Of a stretch of DNA of 64,000 bases, positions 18,466 to 28,450 are shown one piece after another (within the stretch, counting starts at the first letter, position 1; each line of letters starts with the position of its first letter). A program made the translations under genes and the position numbers. The stretch is from the sequence record KJ019152.1; one strand, given 5' to 3'. A model generated the notes under the pieces. That model searched no databases. It saw only the letters and a program-made list of their open reading frames with translations, and was not told the origin of the DNA.

Positions 18466-18642
18466 ATGTCAAAAGTAGTGAGTCTACTCAAGCCAGCACT
18501 TCTCTGGTTGCGTGATTCTACCGAAGTGAAGAAGTTAGTAATTGAACTCCTCCAGCGTTACGCTGAGAGTACGAAGACTGATGTTGATGATTTACTCGTC
18601 GCCACAGTCAGTAAAGCACTCCTCCCCGAAGGAGCTGAGTGA
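18466..18642 (+). CDS. small hypothetical protein
   Basis: MSKVVSLLKPALLWL...; ATG start chosen within the track ORF. Confidence 0.7.
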   Translation: MSKVVSLLKPALLWLRDSTEVKKLVIELLQRYAESTKTDVDDLLVATVSKALLPEGAE

Positions 18643-18815
18643 TGGAGTGTTTGTTGGTGTCCCATACTACGTTTTGGGTTCTAACAGGCGCGTTACTTCT
18701 TTCTGAAGCTATCGGTGAAACCAAATGGATTAAATCCAATGGAATTTTGTCATTCATCTTTGAACTTTTAGAGCATCTAGCTCGTATAGTCCGAAAGGCA
18801 CTATATCAACGTTAA
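18642..18815 (+). CDS. small membrane protein
   Basis: Hand-read ORF MECLLVSHTTFWVLTGALLLSEAIG..., hydrophobic. Confidence 0.6.
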   Translation: MECLLVSHTTFWVLTGALLLSEAIGETKWIKSNGILSFIFELLEHLARIVRKALYQR

Positions 18816-18848
18816 CCTAGAGGGTATTCAAAACCTTCTAGGTTTTTT
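18815..18848 (+). terminator. intrinsic terminator
   Basis: ACCTAGAGGGT/ACCTTCTAGGT stem followed by a T run. Confidence 0.7.
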
Positions 18849-18851
18849 CTG

Positions 18852-18859
18852 TATAAATA
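18852..18859 (+). promoter_or_regulatory. T4-type late promoter
   Basis: TATAAATA. Confidence 0.75.
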
Positions 18860-18894
18860 AAACTACCGGATATTCACACTAAAGGAATCAACAA

Positions 18895-19701
18895 ATGGCA
18901 CTCTGGGGAAACAAAGACAATTTACAAGGTCCAACTCCAGTTACTATTGTCGGCACAGCAACCTCCGAGTTTTGGACTGCTGCCGCAACTGGAATTGGCA
19001 CCATCGCAACAGGAACCACTATCGTATTGGGAGACGGTGGTTCAGCAGGTTTTGCAGTCATCGAAGCAAGTCTAGGGGCAGACCTAGTAAAGGTTAACCA
19101 CCTATCAGCACTTGCTGGAGCTAACGCGGCTGTATATTCACTACAACCTATCTCACTCAAGAACGATCCTGGTTATGCTCCTACTTCAGCCGATGGCTCA
19201 CTAGGACGTACTCAAAGACCAGTTGGTTTGAGTTCCGCAAACATGACAGCATCAGCTGATACAGTATGGGAAGCTGATCACAGTGGTTGGGTTGGAGTTA
19301 CAACCTACATGGATAACTCAGCAACACCTCCAGTGATGCGTGTTAAGAAGGAAGTTCTAGTCGCTATGTCTGGTATTCAGACTGGTGGACGTGAGTATCC
19401 TGGTATGTTCAGTAACGCAGCTGCCGCAGTTGTCATTGGTGCAGCATCAGTAAGTGGTTCTGCTACACCTGTAGCACTCACACCATCAGCATATACAGTA
19501 TCTACTGCTTCAGCAACCGCTGGTGACCTAACCTATGTTTGGTCTACTAACGATGGTTCTGCTACAATTACTGGTGGCACTACAACTACCGCTAACATTG
19601 GATTCAGTACAGCTGGTAGCTACAACGTTACTTGTACAGTTTCTTCTGCAACTGCCTCTGATTCACCATCAGCAGACACACTTGCAGTAGTCGCTAGCTG
19701 A
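18895..19701 (+). CDS. virion structural protein with C-terminal Ig/PKD-like domain
   Basis: MALWG start, late promoter, and Ala/Thr-rich LTYVWS...FSTAGSYNVTCTV segment. Confidence 0.7.
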   Translation: MALWGNKDNLQGPTPVTIVGTATSEFWTAAATGIGTIATGTTIVLGDGGSAGFAVIEASLGADLVKVNHLSALAGANAAVYSLQPISLKNDPGYAPTSADGSLGRTQRPVGLSSANMTASADTVWEADHSGWVGVTTYMDNSATPPVMRVKKEVLVAMSGIQTGGREYPGMFSNAAAAVVIGAASVSGSATPVALTPSAYTVSTASATAGDLTYVWSTNDGSATITGGTTTTANIGFSTAGSYNVTCTVSSATASDSPSADTLAVVAS

Positions 19702-19717
19702 TAACCAAGAGTAAGAG

Positions 19718-20101
19718 ATGAGATTTGACGAACTAAATGATGATAATTATCTCTTGTTTGCTATCAAGTTTTACGAGAATCCTCACGCGGTAACCCGTGA
19801 TGATTTTGAGGATGATCTTAAGAAGATTAAGTATGTTAAACGTCTATTGAGACGTTATAGGAATATGGGTGTGTTAAAAACGCACCTCATACTTAATCAC
19901 TTGATTGTATTATTTAATGTATTCGGGGATGCTGCCGTTCCCCTCCTGTTCTATAACATAGAAAAGGACCTATGGCCAGCACTGAAGGGGTTCCTTGTGT
20001 TTATGCACAAACTTCCTGAGTTTCCTAGGACACTTATGGATGAGGTTCCCTTAGACGAATATTGCCTAGAACAACTGGAGAACATAGATGAGTCATCCTA
20101 A
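19718..20101 (+). CDS. conserved T4-like hypothetical protein
   Basis: 127 aa, MRFDELNDDNYLLFAIKFYENP... Confidence 0.8.
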   Translation: MRFDELNDDNYLLFAIKFYENPHAVTRDDFEDDLKKIKYVKRLLRRYRNMGVLKTHLILNHLIVLFNVFGDAAVPLLFYNIEKDLWPALKGFLVFMHKLPEFPRTLMDEVPLDEYCLEQLENIDESS

Positions 20102-20273
20102 ACTAGATATTCTAATAAAAGCCTTCAGGAAACTGAGGGAAGACGCAGGGATGACTGTAGGTGGTGGTAACATCGCCGGTATGCCTCCAGAAGATACTGA
20201 TCCCCCTGTGGATCTAAAGAAGAAAAAGAAGAAGGTATTATCGACCTTCCGTAGAAGTTTACCCAACCAGTAG
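20088..20273 (+). CDS. hypothetical protein
   Basis: 61-aa ORF overlapping the upstream gene. Confidence 0.65.
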   Translation: MSHPKLDILIKAFRKLREDAGMTVGGGNIAGMPPEDTDPPVDLKKKKKKVLSTFRRSLPNQ

Positions 20274-20280
20274 GAAGTTT

Positions 20281-20667
20281 ATGTTCCAGAGGAATGACAA
20301 TGTGAAATTGGCAGTCCTTGAGGAGAAACTAAGCACAGCAACTGATGTTATCTCCAAACTCGATGAGAATATCGAGCAACTTAGTCATCTTAGTGTCAAT
20401 GTCAGCAAGATGCTAGCTGTCCACGAGGAAAAGCTAGAGGTTTCTAGGGAAGTTTCTCTGGAAACTGAAAAGGAATTAGGAGAACTATCGGATAGATTAG
20501 ACGAAAAGTATAATTGTCTATCCAGAAGACTCTCTGTTTTGGAACGCAGAGTCTGGATGGCTGCAGGTGCCTTTGCTATTATAGGTATCTGTCTTCAAAT
20601 TGGTATTATAGAGGGTGTTTCATTATCCCAAAAGTCTGTTATAATGGAGGTGTCCCCGACTGAGTGA
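20281..20667 (+). CDS. coiled-coil protein with C-terminal transmembrane segment
   Basis: Heptad-like Leu pattern and WMAAGAFAIIGICLQIGII. Confidence 0.7.
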   Translation: MFQRNDNVKLAVLEEKLSTATDVISKLDENIEQLSHLSVNVSKMLAVHEEKLEVSREVSLETEKELGELSDRLDEKYNCLSRRLSVLERRVWMAAGAFAIIGICLQIGIIEGVSLSQKSVIMEVSPTE

Positions 20668-20674
20668 ATACTGA

Positions 20675-21655
20675 ATGGATTTTGTTGATTCCAAGTTCAT
20701 AAGTCTAGTATCCTCTCGCTTAGAGAAGTTCAAACAGAAGAAGTCTGACCTGTATAACTGCAGGTGTCCCATTTGTGGAGACTCTTCTAGGAACCGAACT
20801 AAAGCGAGGGGATATATTTATGCAGTGAAACAAAATACAAACTACAAATGCCACAACTGTGGTGTGAGTATGTCATTCTCTAACTTCCTGAAGGAGATAG
20901 ATCCAGTATTACATAAGCAATATGTCTTTGAGAAGTTCAAGGGAAAGAACTCTACGCCCATCAAGAACGTTAAGTCAGTTCTGGATAAGTTTTCCTACGA
21001 ACCCAAGTTCAAGAAGAAGACAAAGATTGATTTGCCCTCCGCCTTTGATGTAAAACTATCTAAGGAGTATCTGGATAACAGAAAGATTACCTCTGGGGAG
21101 TTTTATTACACAGATAACTTCAAAGAGTTTGTGAATGTAATCAAACCAAGAACGTTTGATGACGAACGTGGGGGACCTAGAATTGTAATTCCCCTGTATG
21201 ACAGGGATGGTGTATTGTTTGGGTTACAGGGAAGATCTCTTCTCCCCAGTAAGGTTAAATACATCACAATCATCCTTGATGAAGACCAACCAAAAGTGTA
21301 TGGTTTGGAGAAGATAGACCCCACACAGAGGGTTTATCTAGTGGAGGGTCCTTTCGATTCCACATTCATAAATAACTCACTCGCTATGTGTGGTGCTGAT
21401 GTAGTATTAGATACACTGGGACTACAAGAACTAGTATATGTGTACGATAACGAACCTCGTAATAGAGAAATCTGCAATAGGATTAATAAAGTTATCGATC
21501 AGGGTAAGAAAGTTGTTATTTTCCCCACAAATATAGAACAAAAGGACATCAATGATATGATCCTAGCAGGGCATGATATAATGACTGTATTGGGATCCAA
21601 TGTCTACCAAGGACTAACTGCTAAAATTAAGTATAACGAATGGAAAAGATTATGA
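20675..21655 (+). CDS. gp61: DNA primase
   Basis: Zn finger CRCPICGD...CHNCG and TOPRIM motifs VEGPFDS and YDNEPRN. Confidence 0.96.
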   Translation: MDFVDSKFISLVSSRLEKFKQKKSDLYNCRCPICGDSSRNRTKARGYIYAVKQNTNYKCHNCGVSMSFSNFLKEIDPVLHKQYVFEKFKGKNSTPIKNVKSVLDKFSYEPKFKKKTKIDLPSAFDVKLSKEYLDNRKITSGEFYYTDNFKEFVNVIKPRTFDDERGGPRIVIPLYDRDGVLFGLQGRSLLPSKVKYITIILDEDQPKVYGLEKIDPTQRVYLVEGPFDSTFINNSLAMCGADVVLDTLGLQELVYVYDNEPRNREICNRINKVIDQGKKVVIFPTNIEQKDINDMILAGHDIMTVLGSNVYQGLTAKIKYNEWKRL

Positions 21656-23952
21656 ATTCTGTGATCAGTGTTGTTAAGAGGTCTGGTGACAAGGAAGTAC
21701 TTGACATTAACAAACTTCACGTAATGGTCGAGGCTGCTTGTGACGATCTATCTGGAGTCTCTGCCTCACAGGTAGAGATGAACTCAAATATTCAGTTCTA
21801 TGATGGAATTACAACTGATGCAATTCAGGAAATTCTTATTAAGAGTGCTTCTGATTTGATTGATCTTGATCACCCAAACTATCAGTTTGTTGCTGCTAGG
21901 TTGTTGTTGTTTGCTGTACGCAAACAGGTTTTTGATCGGATGCATGAACTACCTGATGTTAAGTCGCATGTTAGGAAGTGTGTAGACGCAGGTGTTTATG
22001 ATGCCGAAATCTTTGATCTCTATAGTGACGAAGAGTTTGCTGAGTTTGATAAGATTATCAATCACGACAGGGACTATATCTTCACCTTTGCTGGTCTCCG
22101 TCAGGTGGTAGATAAGTATTTGGTTCAGGATAGGACCAATAATAAGATGTATGAAACACCTCAGTTCATGTATCTCCTTATCGCCGCTACTATCTTCTCT
22201 CAGTATCCCAGAGATACAAGAATGTCCTATGTGAAACGTTACTATGACGCAATCTCAAAGCACCGCATCAATATTCCAACGCCTATTATGGCAGGCGTTA
22301 GAACGCCCCTTAGGCAGTTCGCTAGCTGCGTTCTTATTGATTCCGACGACAGTCTCGATTCTATCTTTAGTTCTGATATGGCTATTGGCAGATATGTTGC
22401 GCAAAGAGCTGGAATCGGGATCAACGCTGGTAGAATCCGTGGACTCAACAGTAAGATCCGTGGTGGAGAGGTCAGTCATACAGGGGTAATTCCTTTCCTT
22501 AAGAAGTTTGAAACTACCGTTAGGTGTTGTACCCAGAACGGTATCAGGGGAGGTTCGGCAACAGTTCACTTCCCTATCTGGCACCAAGAGATCGAAGATA
22601 TCATGGTGTTGAAGAATAACAAGGGTACAGAAGACAACCGAGTGAGGAAACTTGACTACTCAATCCAACTATCAAAGATTTTCTACGAGCGTTTCATCCA
22701 GAATGGAGAGATTAGCTTGTTCTCACCGCATGACGTACCAGGTTTGTATGATGCTTTTGGTACTGATGACTTTGACACTCTATATCGGATGCATGAACTC
22801 AATGATGCTGTTCCAAGAACGACACACAAAGCACAAGAGTTAATCATGGATCTCTTGAAGGAGAGATCTGAGACTGGTCGTATCTACTTAATGAATATCG
22901 ATCATTGTAACTCCCACTCGTCCTTCTTGGATAAGGTGGAGATGTCCAACCTCTGTCAGGAGATTACACTACCTACAAGACCCCTAAACCATATCGATGA
23001 TACCGAAGGTGAGATTGCTCTCTGTATCCTCTCTGCGTTGAACGTAGGTAAGTTACGCAACCTAGAAGAGATGGAGGAGCTATGTGACTTGGCAATTCGT
23101 GGTTTAGATGAACTCATTGACTTCCAGAACTACCCCATCAAGGCAGCTGAAATCGCTACTAAGAACCGTAGGTCACTAGGTGTTGGTTACATTGGGTTGG
23201 CACACTACCTAGCGAAACATAGAGTTGGGTATAATGACCAGGAAGCATTCCAGTTGGTTCATGATCTAACCGAACACTTCCAGTACTATCTAATCAAGGC
23301 AACAACTAATCTCGCCAAAGAGAAAGGAGCTTGTGGTTGGTCTGATCGTACTAAGTATAGTCAGGGTATTCTACCTATTGACACATACAAGAGTGATGTG
23401 GATGAGATTGTTCCCAACGTCCTCACACTAGACTGGGAAGCTCTACGAGCCGATTGTCTGAAGTATGGAGTCCGTAACTCCACTCTATCCGCACAGATGC
23501 CCTCTGAGTCCTCCTCAGTCGTCTGTAACGCCACTAATGGTATCGAACCACCCAGAGGGTTCCTATCGGTGAAGAAGTCCAAGAAGGGAACCCTGAAACA
23601 GATTGTTCCTTCCTATCCATACCTCAAGCAGTTCTACACTCTCCTATGGGAAATGGGTAGTAACGAGGGATACATCAAGATTGTGGCTGTGATGCAGAAG
23701 TTCTTTGACCAGGCTATCTCTGGGAACTGGTCTTACAACCCTAAGGACTACCCAAATAATGAGGTTCCAATGAGTGAGATGGTCAAAGATTGGCTCACTA
23801 CATATAAGTACGGTTGGAAGACTTCTTACTACCAAAACACATATGATATGTCCACCGATACTGGGGAATCTGACACCAAAGAAGAACTAGAAACATTACT
23901 GTCACAGATCGAACTCCTCGAAGATGACGACTGTGACAGTTGTAAAATCTAA
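21652..23952 (+). CDS. nrdA: ribonucleotide reductase class Ia, alpha subunit
   Basis: ATP cone, PTPIMAG, ASCVL, SNLCQEI and QMPSESSS. Confidence 0.98.
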   Translation: MNSVISVVKRSGDKEVLDINKLHVMVEAACDDLSGVSASQVEMNSNIQFYDGITTDAIQEILIKSASDLIDLDHPNYQFVAARLLLFAVRKQVFDRMHELPDVKSHVRKCVDAGVYDAEIFDLYSDEEFAEFDKIINHDRDYIFTFAGLRQVVDKYLVQDRTNNKMYETPQFMYLLIAATIFSQYPRDTRMSYVKRYYDAISKHRINIPTPIMAGVRTPLRQFASCVLIDSDDSLDSIFSSDMAIGRYVAQRAGIGINAGRIRGLNSKIRGGEVSHTGVIPFLKKFETTVRCCTQNGIRGGSATVHFPIWHQEIEDIMVLKNNKGTEDNRVRKLDYSIQLSKIFYERFIQNGEISLFSPHDVPGLYDAFGTDDFDTLYRMHELNDAVPRTTHKAQELIMDLLKERSETGRIYLMNIDHCNSHSSFLDKVEMSNLCQEITLPTRPLNHIDDTEGEIALCILSALNVGKLRNLEEMEELCDLAIRGLDELIDFQNYPIKAAEIATKNRRSLGVGYIGLAHYLAKHRVGYNDQEAFQLVHDLTEHFQYYLIKATTNLAKEKGACGWSDRTKYSQGILPIDTYKSDVDEIVPNVLTLDWEALRADCLKYGVRNSTLSAQMPSESSSVVCNATNGIEPPRGFLSVKKSKKGTLKQIVPSYPYLKQFYTLLWEMGSNEGYIKIVAVMQKFFDQAISGNWSYNPKDYPNNEVPMSEMVKDWLTTYKYGWKTSYYQNTYDMSTDTGESDTKEELETLLSQIELLEDDDCDSCKI

Positions 23953-24009
23953 TCCATAACGTGATATAATAGGATCACTACTTAAACCATAAACTAACTC
24001 TCACCAACT

Positions 24010-25176
24010 ATGAAGTTTCTAACAAATACAGGAAATATTGAAGGAATGACCGTGTTTAATCAGAATGAAGTTGATGCTAAGACCCAACCAATGTTTTTTG
24101 GTAAGCCTCTGGGGATACAACGTTATGATACCTTCAAGTATCCTATCTTTGAGAAGCTAACTCAACAACAACTAGGATACTTCTGGAAACCTGAGGAGAT
24201 CTCTCTCCAGAAGGATAGATCTGACTATCAGAAGCTACGTCCAGAACAGAAACACATCTTCACTTCTAACCTGAAGTATCAGATTCTTCTAGATTCTGTA
24301 CAGGGTCGCGGTCCTGGTATGGCTTTTGCTCCTTATTGCTCTCTCCCAGAACTAGAGGGTTGTCTAAAGGCTTGGGAGTTTATGGAGATGATTCATAGTA
24401 GATCTTATACTCATATCATCAAGAACCTATACCCAGATCCTTCTGAAGTATTTGATACTATTCTGACAGATGAAAAGATCCTTGAGCGAGCAAAGACGGT
24501 TACAGCGGCTTATAACGAATTCATTAATGCCGCTCACGAATACGACAACGGCAACACATGGCAACACGCAAATGAAGACGTACCTGCGGCTCTTATCAAC
24601 CGTTATGACCTTAAGCGTAAGCTTTACCGTGCTATGGCTAACGTTAATATCCTAGAGGGTATTCGTTTCTATGTTTCCTTTGCCTGTTCTTTCGCCTTTG
24701 GTGAGTTGAAGCAGATGGAGGCATCAGCCAAGATCATCTCACTCATTGCCCGTGACGAATCACAACACCTAGTTATTAGTCAGAACATTCTGAAGAACTG
24801 GAGGAATGGTGATGATCCTGATATGATCAAGATTGCTGAGGAACAGAAGCCTTGGTTGATTGAAACCTTCAAGTTGGCAGTGGATCAGGAGAAAGCCTGG
24901 GCGGAATACCTCTTTAAAGATGGTTCTATGATTGGTTTGAACGAGAAACTACTAGGAAACTATGTTGAGTGGATTGCTAACCGTCGTATGAAGGCTGTTG
25001 GTCTAGAACCCATCTACGATATCGCAGCTAAGAACAACCCCCTCCCCTGGACAGAACACTGGTTGAACTCCAAGAGTGTTCAGGTTGCCCCTCAGGAGAC
25101 TGAGATTACCTCCTATATCGTTGGTAATGTGAACCAGGATGTGAAATCAGATCAGTTTGCTAACTTCTCCCTATAA
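24010..25176 (+). CDS. nrdB: ribonucleotide reductase class Ia, beta subunit
   Basis: FWKPEE, EMIHSRSY, LEGIRFY, ARDESQH and VAPQETE. Confidence 0.98.
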   Translation: MKFLTNTGNIEGMTVFNQNEVDAKTQPMFFGKPLGIQRYDTFKYPIFEKLTQQQLGYFWKPEEISLQKDRSDYQKLRPEQKHIFTSNLKYQILLDSVQGRGPGMAFAPYCSLPELEGCLKAWEFMEMIHSRSYTHIIKNLYPDPSEVFDTILTDEKILERAKTVTAAYNEFINAAHEYDNGNTWQHANEDVPAALINRYDLKRKLYRAMANVNILEGIRFYVSFACSFAFGELKQMEASAKIISLIARDESQHLVISQNILKNWRNGDDPDMIKIAEEQKPWLIETFKLAVDQEKAWAEYLFKDGSMIGLNEKLLGNYVEWIANRRMKAVGLEPIYDIAAKNNPLPWTEHWLNSKSVQVAPQETEITSYIVGNVNQDVKSDQFANFSL

Positions 25177-25181
25177 TTTGA

Positions 25182-25823
25182 ATGGAACTATATTATGAAA
25201 AGTTAGATAAGAATCTCTATGTATTAGATGATTTCTTTACTATGGATGAATTCATGCCGTTACATGATGAACTACACGGCATGTACCATACTTTTTTGAG
25301 AAAGAGGGAGAGATATACGGGTGGTGAAAACCCATATTGGTTTGCACTCAGTAAGAATGATACTCCAAATTCATCACCAAATAACGGACTCGGGGAAAAT
25401 ATGGTTTTCCTCGATAGAGCCACAAAGATAAGATGGGCAATAAACAAAATACTGAGACCTGATTTCTCCTTTTACCTGAAGAGAATCAATACTAACCTGC
25501 AATGGAAGTTTCAGGATTCATCTTTCCATTTAGATTCGTATAGTAATGAACTAGACGAGAAATACTGGGGTTGGACTTTCCTCGCCTGCACCCAAACGGA
25601 TTGGGATTATGAGTGGGGAGGTGAGTTTGTGTGTCAGGTTGCAGACAGAACCTACAAAAACATCTCATATTCACCAAATAGGTGTATACTATTCAATGGG
25701 GATTGTTCCCATAGGGGAGCTGCCCCCAATATCTTTGCACGGGATGTTAGAACTACCGTAGCTTGGACATTTGTATCTGTGGACGCACATATAACCCCCG
25801 ATGCAACTAGCCATATTTCCTAG
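25182..25823 (+). CDS. 2OG-Fe(II) oxygenase
   Basis: FHLD, WGGEF, NRCILFNG..HRG and RTTVAW. Confidence 0.8.
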   Translation: MELYYEKLDKNLYVLDDFFTMDEFMPLHDELHGMYHTFLRKRERYTGGENPYWFALSKNDTPNSSPNNGLGENMVFLDRATKIRWAINKILRPDFSFYLKRINTNLQWKFQDSSFHLDSYSNELDEKYWGWTFLACTQTDWDYEWGGEFVCQVADRTYKNISYSPNRCILFNGDCSHRGAAPNIFARDVRTTVAWTFVSVDAHITPDATSHIS

Positions 25824-25870
25824 ATAGTCACGTCACATGATAGAATGACGTATATCACTAGGAGGATGTC

Positions 25871-26086
25871 ATGTCGAGTGAACCATTTCTTGAATGGATG
25901 GTGAAGCCGCCCATTTCAGATGAAGAGTTGATGTTGATTTGCCTAAAGAATGCCCCGTGTGGTACGAATAGGAAGCAAGCAATGAAATTGATCAGAGTAT
26001 TGGAAGTAAAGTTGGCGGAACCTACGGGATTTGCTAATATATTTCCACAACCCAAACCAGGTGGGGAGTCTGATTATGCTGGGTAA
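25871..26086 (+). CDS. conserved hypothetical protein
   Basis: 71-aa ORF with AGGAGG ribosome-binding site. Confidence 0.7.
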   Translation: MSSEPFLEWMVKPPISDEELMLICLKNAPCGTNRKQAMKLIRVLEVKLAEPTGFANIFPQPKPGGESDYAG

Positions 26087-26204
26087 TGTTTTACTTTGGA
26101 TATCAATTCCCTTTGTAGTTGCTACCATATTCTTTGGTATCTACAGAGGTGAAAATTATTATTATGAGAGTAGTGACTATGATGGAAATGGAACATCGCA
26201 TTAA
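26076..26204 (+). CDS. small membrane protein (42 aa)
   Basis: Hand-read MLGNVLLWISIPFVVATIFFGIYRGENYYYESS... Confidence 0.6.
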   Translation: MLGNVLLWISIPFVVATIFFGIYRGENYYYESSDYDGNGTSH

Positions 26205-26397
26205 GATGCGTTACGAATTCGCTATGAGTTCGTTCGCTAGAATGTACGGAGTGAGAGCTGTTTCTGGATCAGGGCACCATGTCAAATTCTGCAAAAGGTG
26301 GGCAGATACTAGTGTTGAGGAAGCTCCTAATGGAACTCTAACTGAAGTTGATTTCTACTTCAGGGATTTGTGGGACATTTGGGGGGAGTATATATAA
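26179..26397 (+). CDS. conserved hypothetical protein
   Basis: MEHRIKMRYEFAMSSFARMYG... Confidence 0.65.
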   Translation: MMEMEHRIKMRYEFAMSSFARMYGVRAVSGSGHHVKFCKRWADTSVEEAPNGTLTEVDFYFRDLWDIWGEYI

Positions 26398-26488
26398 TGA
26401 GAACATATATTCCAGCGTTTTTCATACTAACCTTTGTGATAGTATTTGTTACTTGGGGATTGAATAACGCCTACCCATAAAATTACAT

Positions 26489-26632
26489 ATGATTGCTTCG
26501 TATAAGAAACTCGAAACGGAAAACTTCATGTTGCGTTTGGAAGTCGAGAGACTACGAATGGCACTACAAGAGACCCAAAACGAGTGGTCACACCCAGAGT
26601 CTTGTGTTAGAAAACAAAGTCTCTGGAAATAG
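26489..26632 (+). CDS. small hypothetical protein (47 aa)
   Basis: Hand-read MIASYKKLETENFMLRLEVERL..., ending just before a terminator. Confidence 0.55.
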   Translation: MIASYKKLETENFMLRLEVERLRMALQETQNEWSHPESCVRKQSLWK

Positions 26633-26635
26633 GTT

Positions 26636-26674
26636 AGGGGGGTGGTTGCCACCTCCCTTTTTTTGTGCTATAAT
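26636..26674 (+). terminator. terminator overlapping a downstream sigma70 promoter
   Basis: AGGGGGGTGG/CCACCTCCCT stem plus T run. TTGCCA(26646)-17 nt-TATAAT(26669) overlaps it. Confidence 0.75.
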
Positions 26675-26741
26675 ACCTTTGTGAAGGGAAACAGGGGCTG
26701 CTTAGCATCTAAATACTTAATGAGAGGAGTTATCATTTAAT

Positions 26742-26876
26742 ATGGCATACAGAGTTTGGCATTCACCAATAAAGAGTATTATCCTACAAACCTATGAGGA
26801 GGTAGTTGTATACTATGCAATGCAAAGAGCAGCACATAACACTACTCCATCAGGTTGGGAAGAAGTTGCTGCATAG
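26742..26876 (+). CDS. small hypothetical protein (44 aa)
   Basis: Hand-read MAYRVWHSPIKSII..., with GAGGAG upstream. Confidence 0.5.
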   Translation: MAYRVWHSPIKSIILQTYEEVVVYYAMQRAAHNTTPSGWEEVAA

Positions 26877-26899
26877 ATAGGGTAGAATGATTATGTTAT

Positions 26900-27340
26900 G
26901 TGAAAGAAGTAGATTATGAGAACCCATGGATCTATCTGGACAATCCCTTTACTGATAATGATGTTCTGGACTATTTCGGTTTTGTTTATCGTATTACCAA
27001 TAAGACCACAGGACGAAAGTATTTGGGAAGAAAGGTATTCTGGTTCCACAGAAAGCCTCCTGGTAAGAAACGAAGGGTAAAGAAACCATCAGACTGGAAG
27101 AAGTACTATGGATCCAGTGATGAACTTAAAGCAGATATTCAACTCTTAGGGAAAGATATCTTCACCAGGGAGATTATATCATTGCATAAGACCCTAGGAA
27201 AGACAAACTTTGCAGAGACAGAAGCACTCTTCCAATACAAAGTATTGACAGAGAAACTTGACGATGGGTCTCCAATGTATTATAATGCGAATATACTTTC
27301 GAGATACTACAGGAAAGACTACTTTGATTATGAGGACTAA
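26900..27340 (+). CDS. GIY-YIG family nuclease
   Basis: GFVYRITNKTTGRKYLGRK, YYGSS and FTREII. Confidence 0.8.
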   Translation: MKEVDYENPWIYLDNPFTDNDVLDYFGFVYRITNKTTGRKYLGRKVFWFHRKPPGKKRRVKKPSDWKKYYGSSDELKADIQLLGKDIFTREIISLHKTLGKTNFAETEALFQYKVLTEKLDDGSPMYYNANILSRYYRKDYFDYED

Positions 27341-28428
27341 TGAGTTATTTTACTGATCGTTTTGGTGATACCTATAAGGTTATCCGTAACTATATCTCTA
27401 GTGAAGAAGCAAATACTTTAGGAGAGAACTATAAAGAGTTTGTATCTACTGATGGGGTGCCTACAGAGGCAACCATGATTACTTCGAATGCATATGATTT
27501 CTACAACCGACCTGAACAGGTAGCACTTCTATCAGAGAAAGTATCACATATCAATGAACTATTAGGTAAGAAAGTTCTTCCTGCCTATTCCTTTGTTAGA
27601 CAATACGGAGTTGGATCCTTTCTAGGCAAACATACGGACAGAAAGTCCTGTGAGGTATCTCTGAGTATCCACCTGTGTGGTGATAAGGAATGGCCGTTCT
27701 GTATAGAGGATAAGGAAGGAAACCCCGTAGAACTCATCCTACACCCCGGAGATGCAGTCTTATATGATGCACCCAATGCAACTCACTGGAGAGAAGAATA
27801 TGATGGTGAGTTCTATATTCAAACCTTTCATCACTATGTAACTTTAGGTGGTGAGTATGAGAATCTATTCTTTGATAATAATGATAAAGAATTCTCACTA
27901 ACCAATTATATTAAACAATATAAGGAATCAGTACCTCCTGATATCTGTGATATGATTGTTAAATACGCAGAACAATTCCCCAATAGGTGGGAAAATGCTA
28001 CTACTATACAATCTATAAAAGATAATACTATTGATACTAGGATATGTGAGAGTTGGAATGTTTTACCAACTGATAGTATTGATGATGTTGTTTATAAGTA
28101 TATAACTGAAGCATCTTCTAAGTTCTGTAATACCTTCCCACACTTTAATCTTACTCAGGACACTGGATATCAGATTTTAAGATACAAACCAGGTGGTAAG
28201 TATGACTACCATACAGATCAACATGCCACTTATAACAGGGAAGTTACTATTATTCTAAACCTTAATGATGACTACGAAGGTGGTAACCTATGTCACATTA
28301 AAGACAACCATATGATAAAGATGGGTAAGGGTGATATCATTATTTTCCCTGCTAACTTTATGTATCCACATCGTATTACTCCCATAACATCTGGTGTTAG
28401 GTATTCTATTGTGACTTGGGCAGTCTAA
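27340..28428 (+). CDS. tandem two-domain 2OG-Fe(II) oxygenase
   Basis: Domain 1 has KHTDR...HWRE. Domain 2 has YHTD...LNDDYEGG...HRITPITSGVRYS. Confidence 0.88.
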   Translation: MSYFTDRFGDTYKVIRNYISSEEANTLGENYKEFVSTDGVPTEATMITSNAYDFYNRPEQVALLSEKVSHINELLGKKVLPAYSFVRQYGVGSFLGKHTDRKSCEVSLSIHLCGDKEWPFCIEDKEGNPVELILHPGDAVLYDAPNATHWREEYDGEFYIQTFHHYVTLGGEYENLFFDNNDKEFSLTNYIKQYKESVPPDICDMIVKYAEQFPNRWENATTIQSIKDNTIDTRICESWNVLPTDSIDDVVYKYITEASSKFCNTFPHFNLTQDTGYQILRYKPGGKYDYHTDQHATYNREVTIILNLNDDYEGGNLCHIKDNHMIKMGKGDIIIFPANFMYPHRITPITSGVRYSIVTWAV

Positions 28429-28450
28429 ATACTCTGTTATTTCGGTTACA

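Noticed and set aside
21652-25176. Inteins or introns in nrdA/nrdB
   Set aside because: Both genes are of normal length with contiguous motifs.
26076-26204. PsbN or another photosystem small subunit
   Set aside because: It is a single-helix protein but lacks the FGPPS...DPFEEHED signature.
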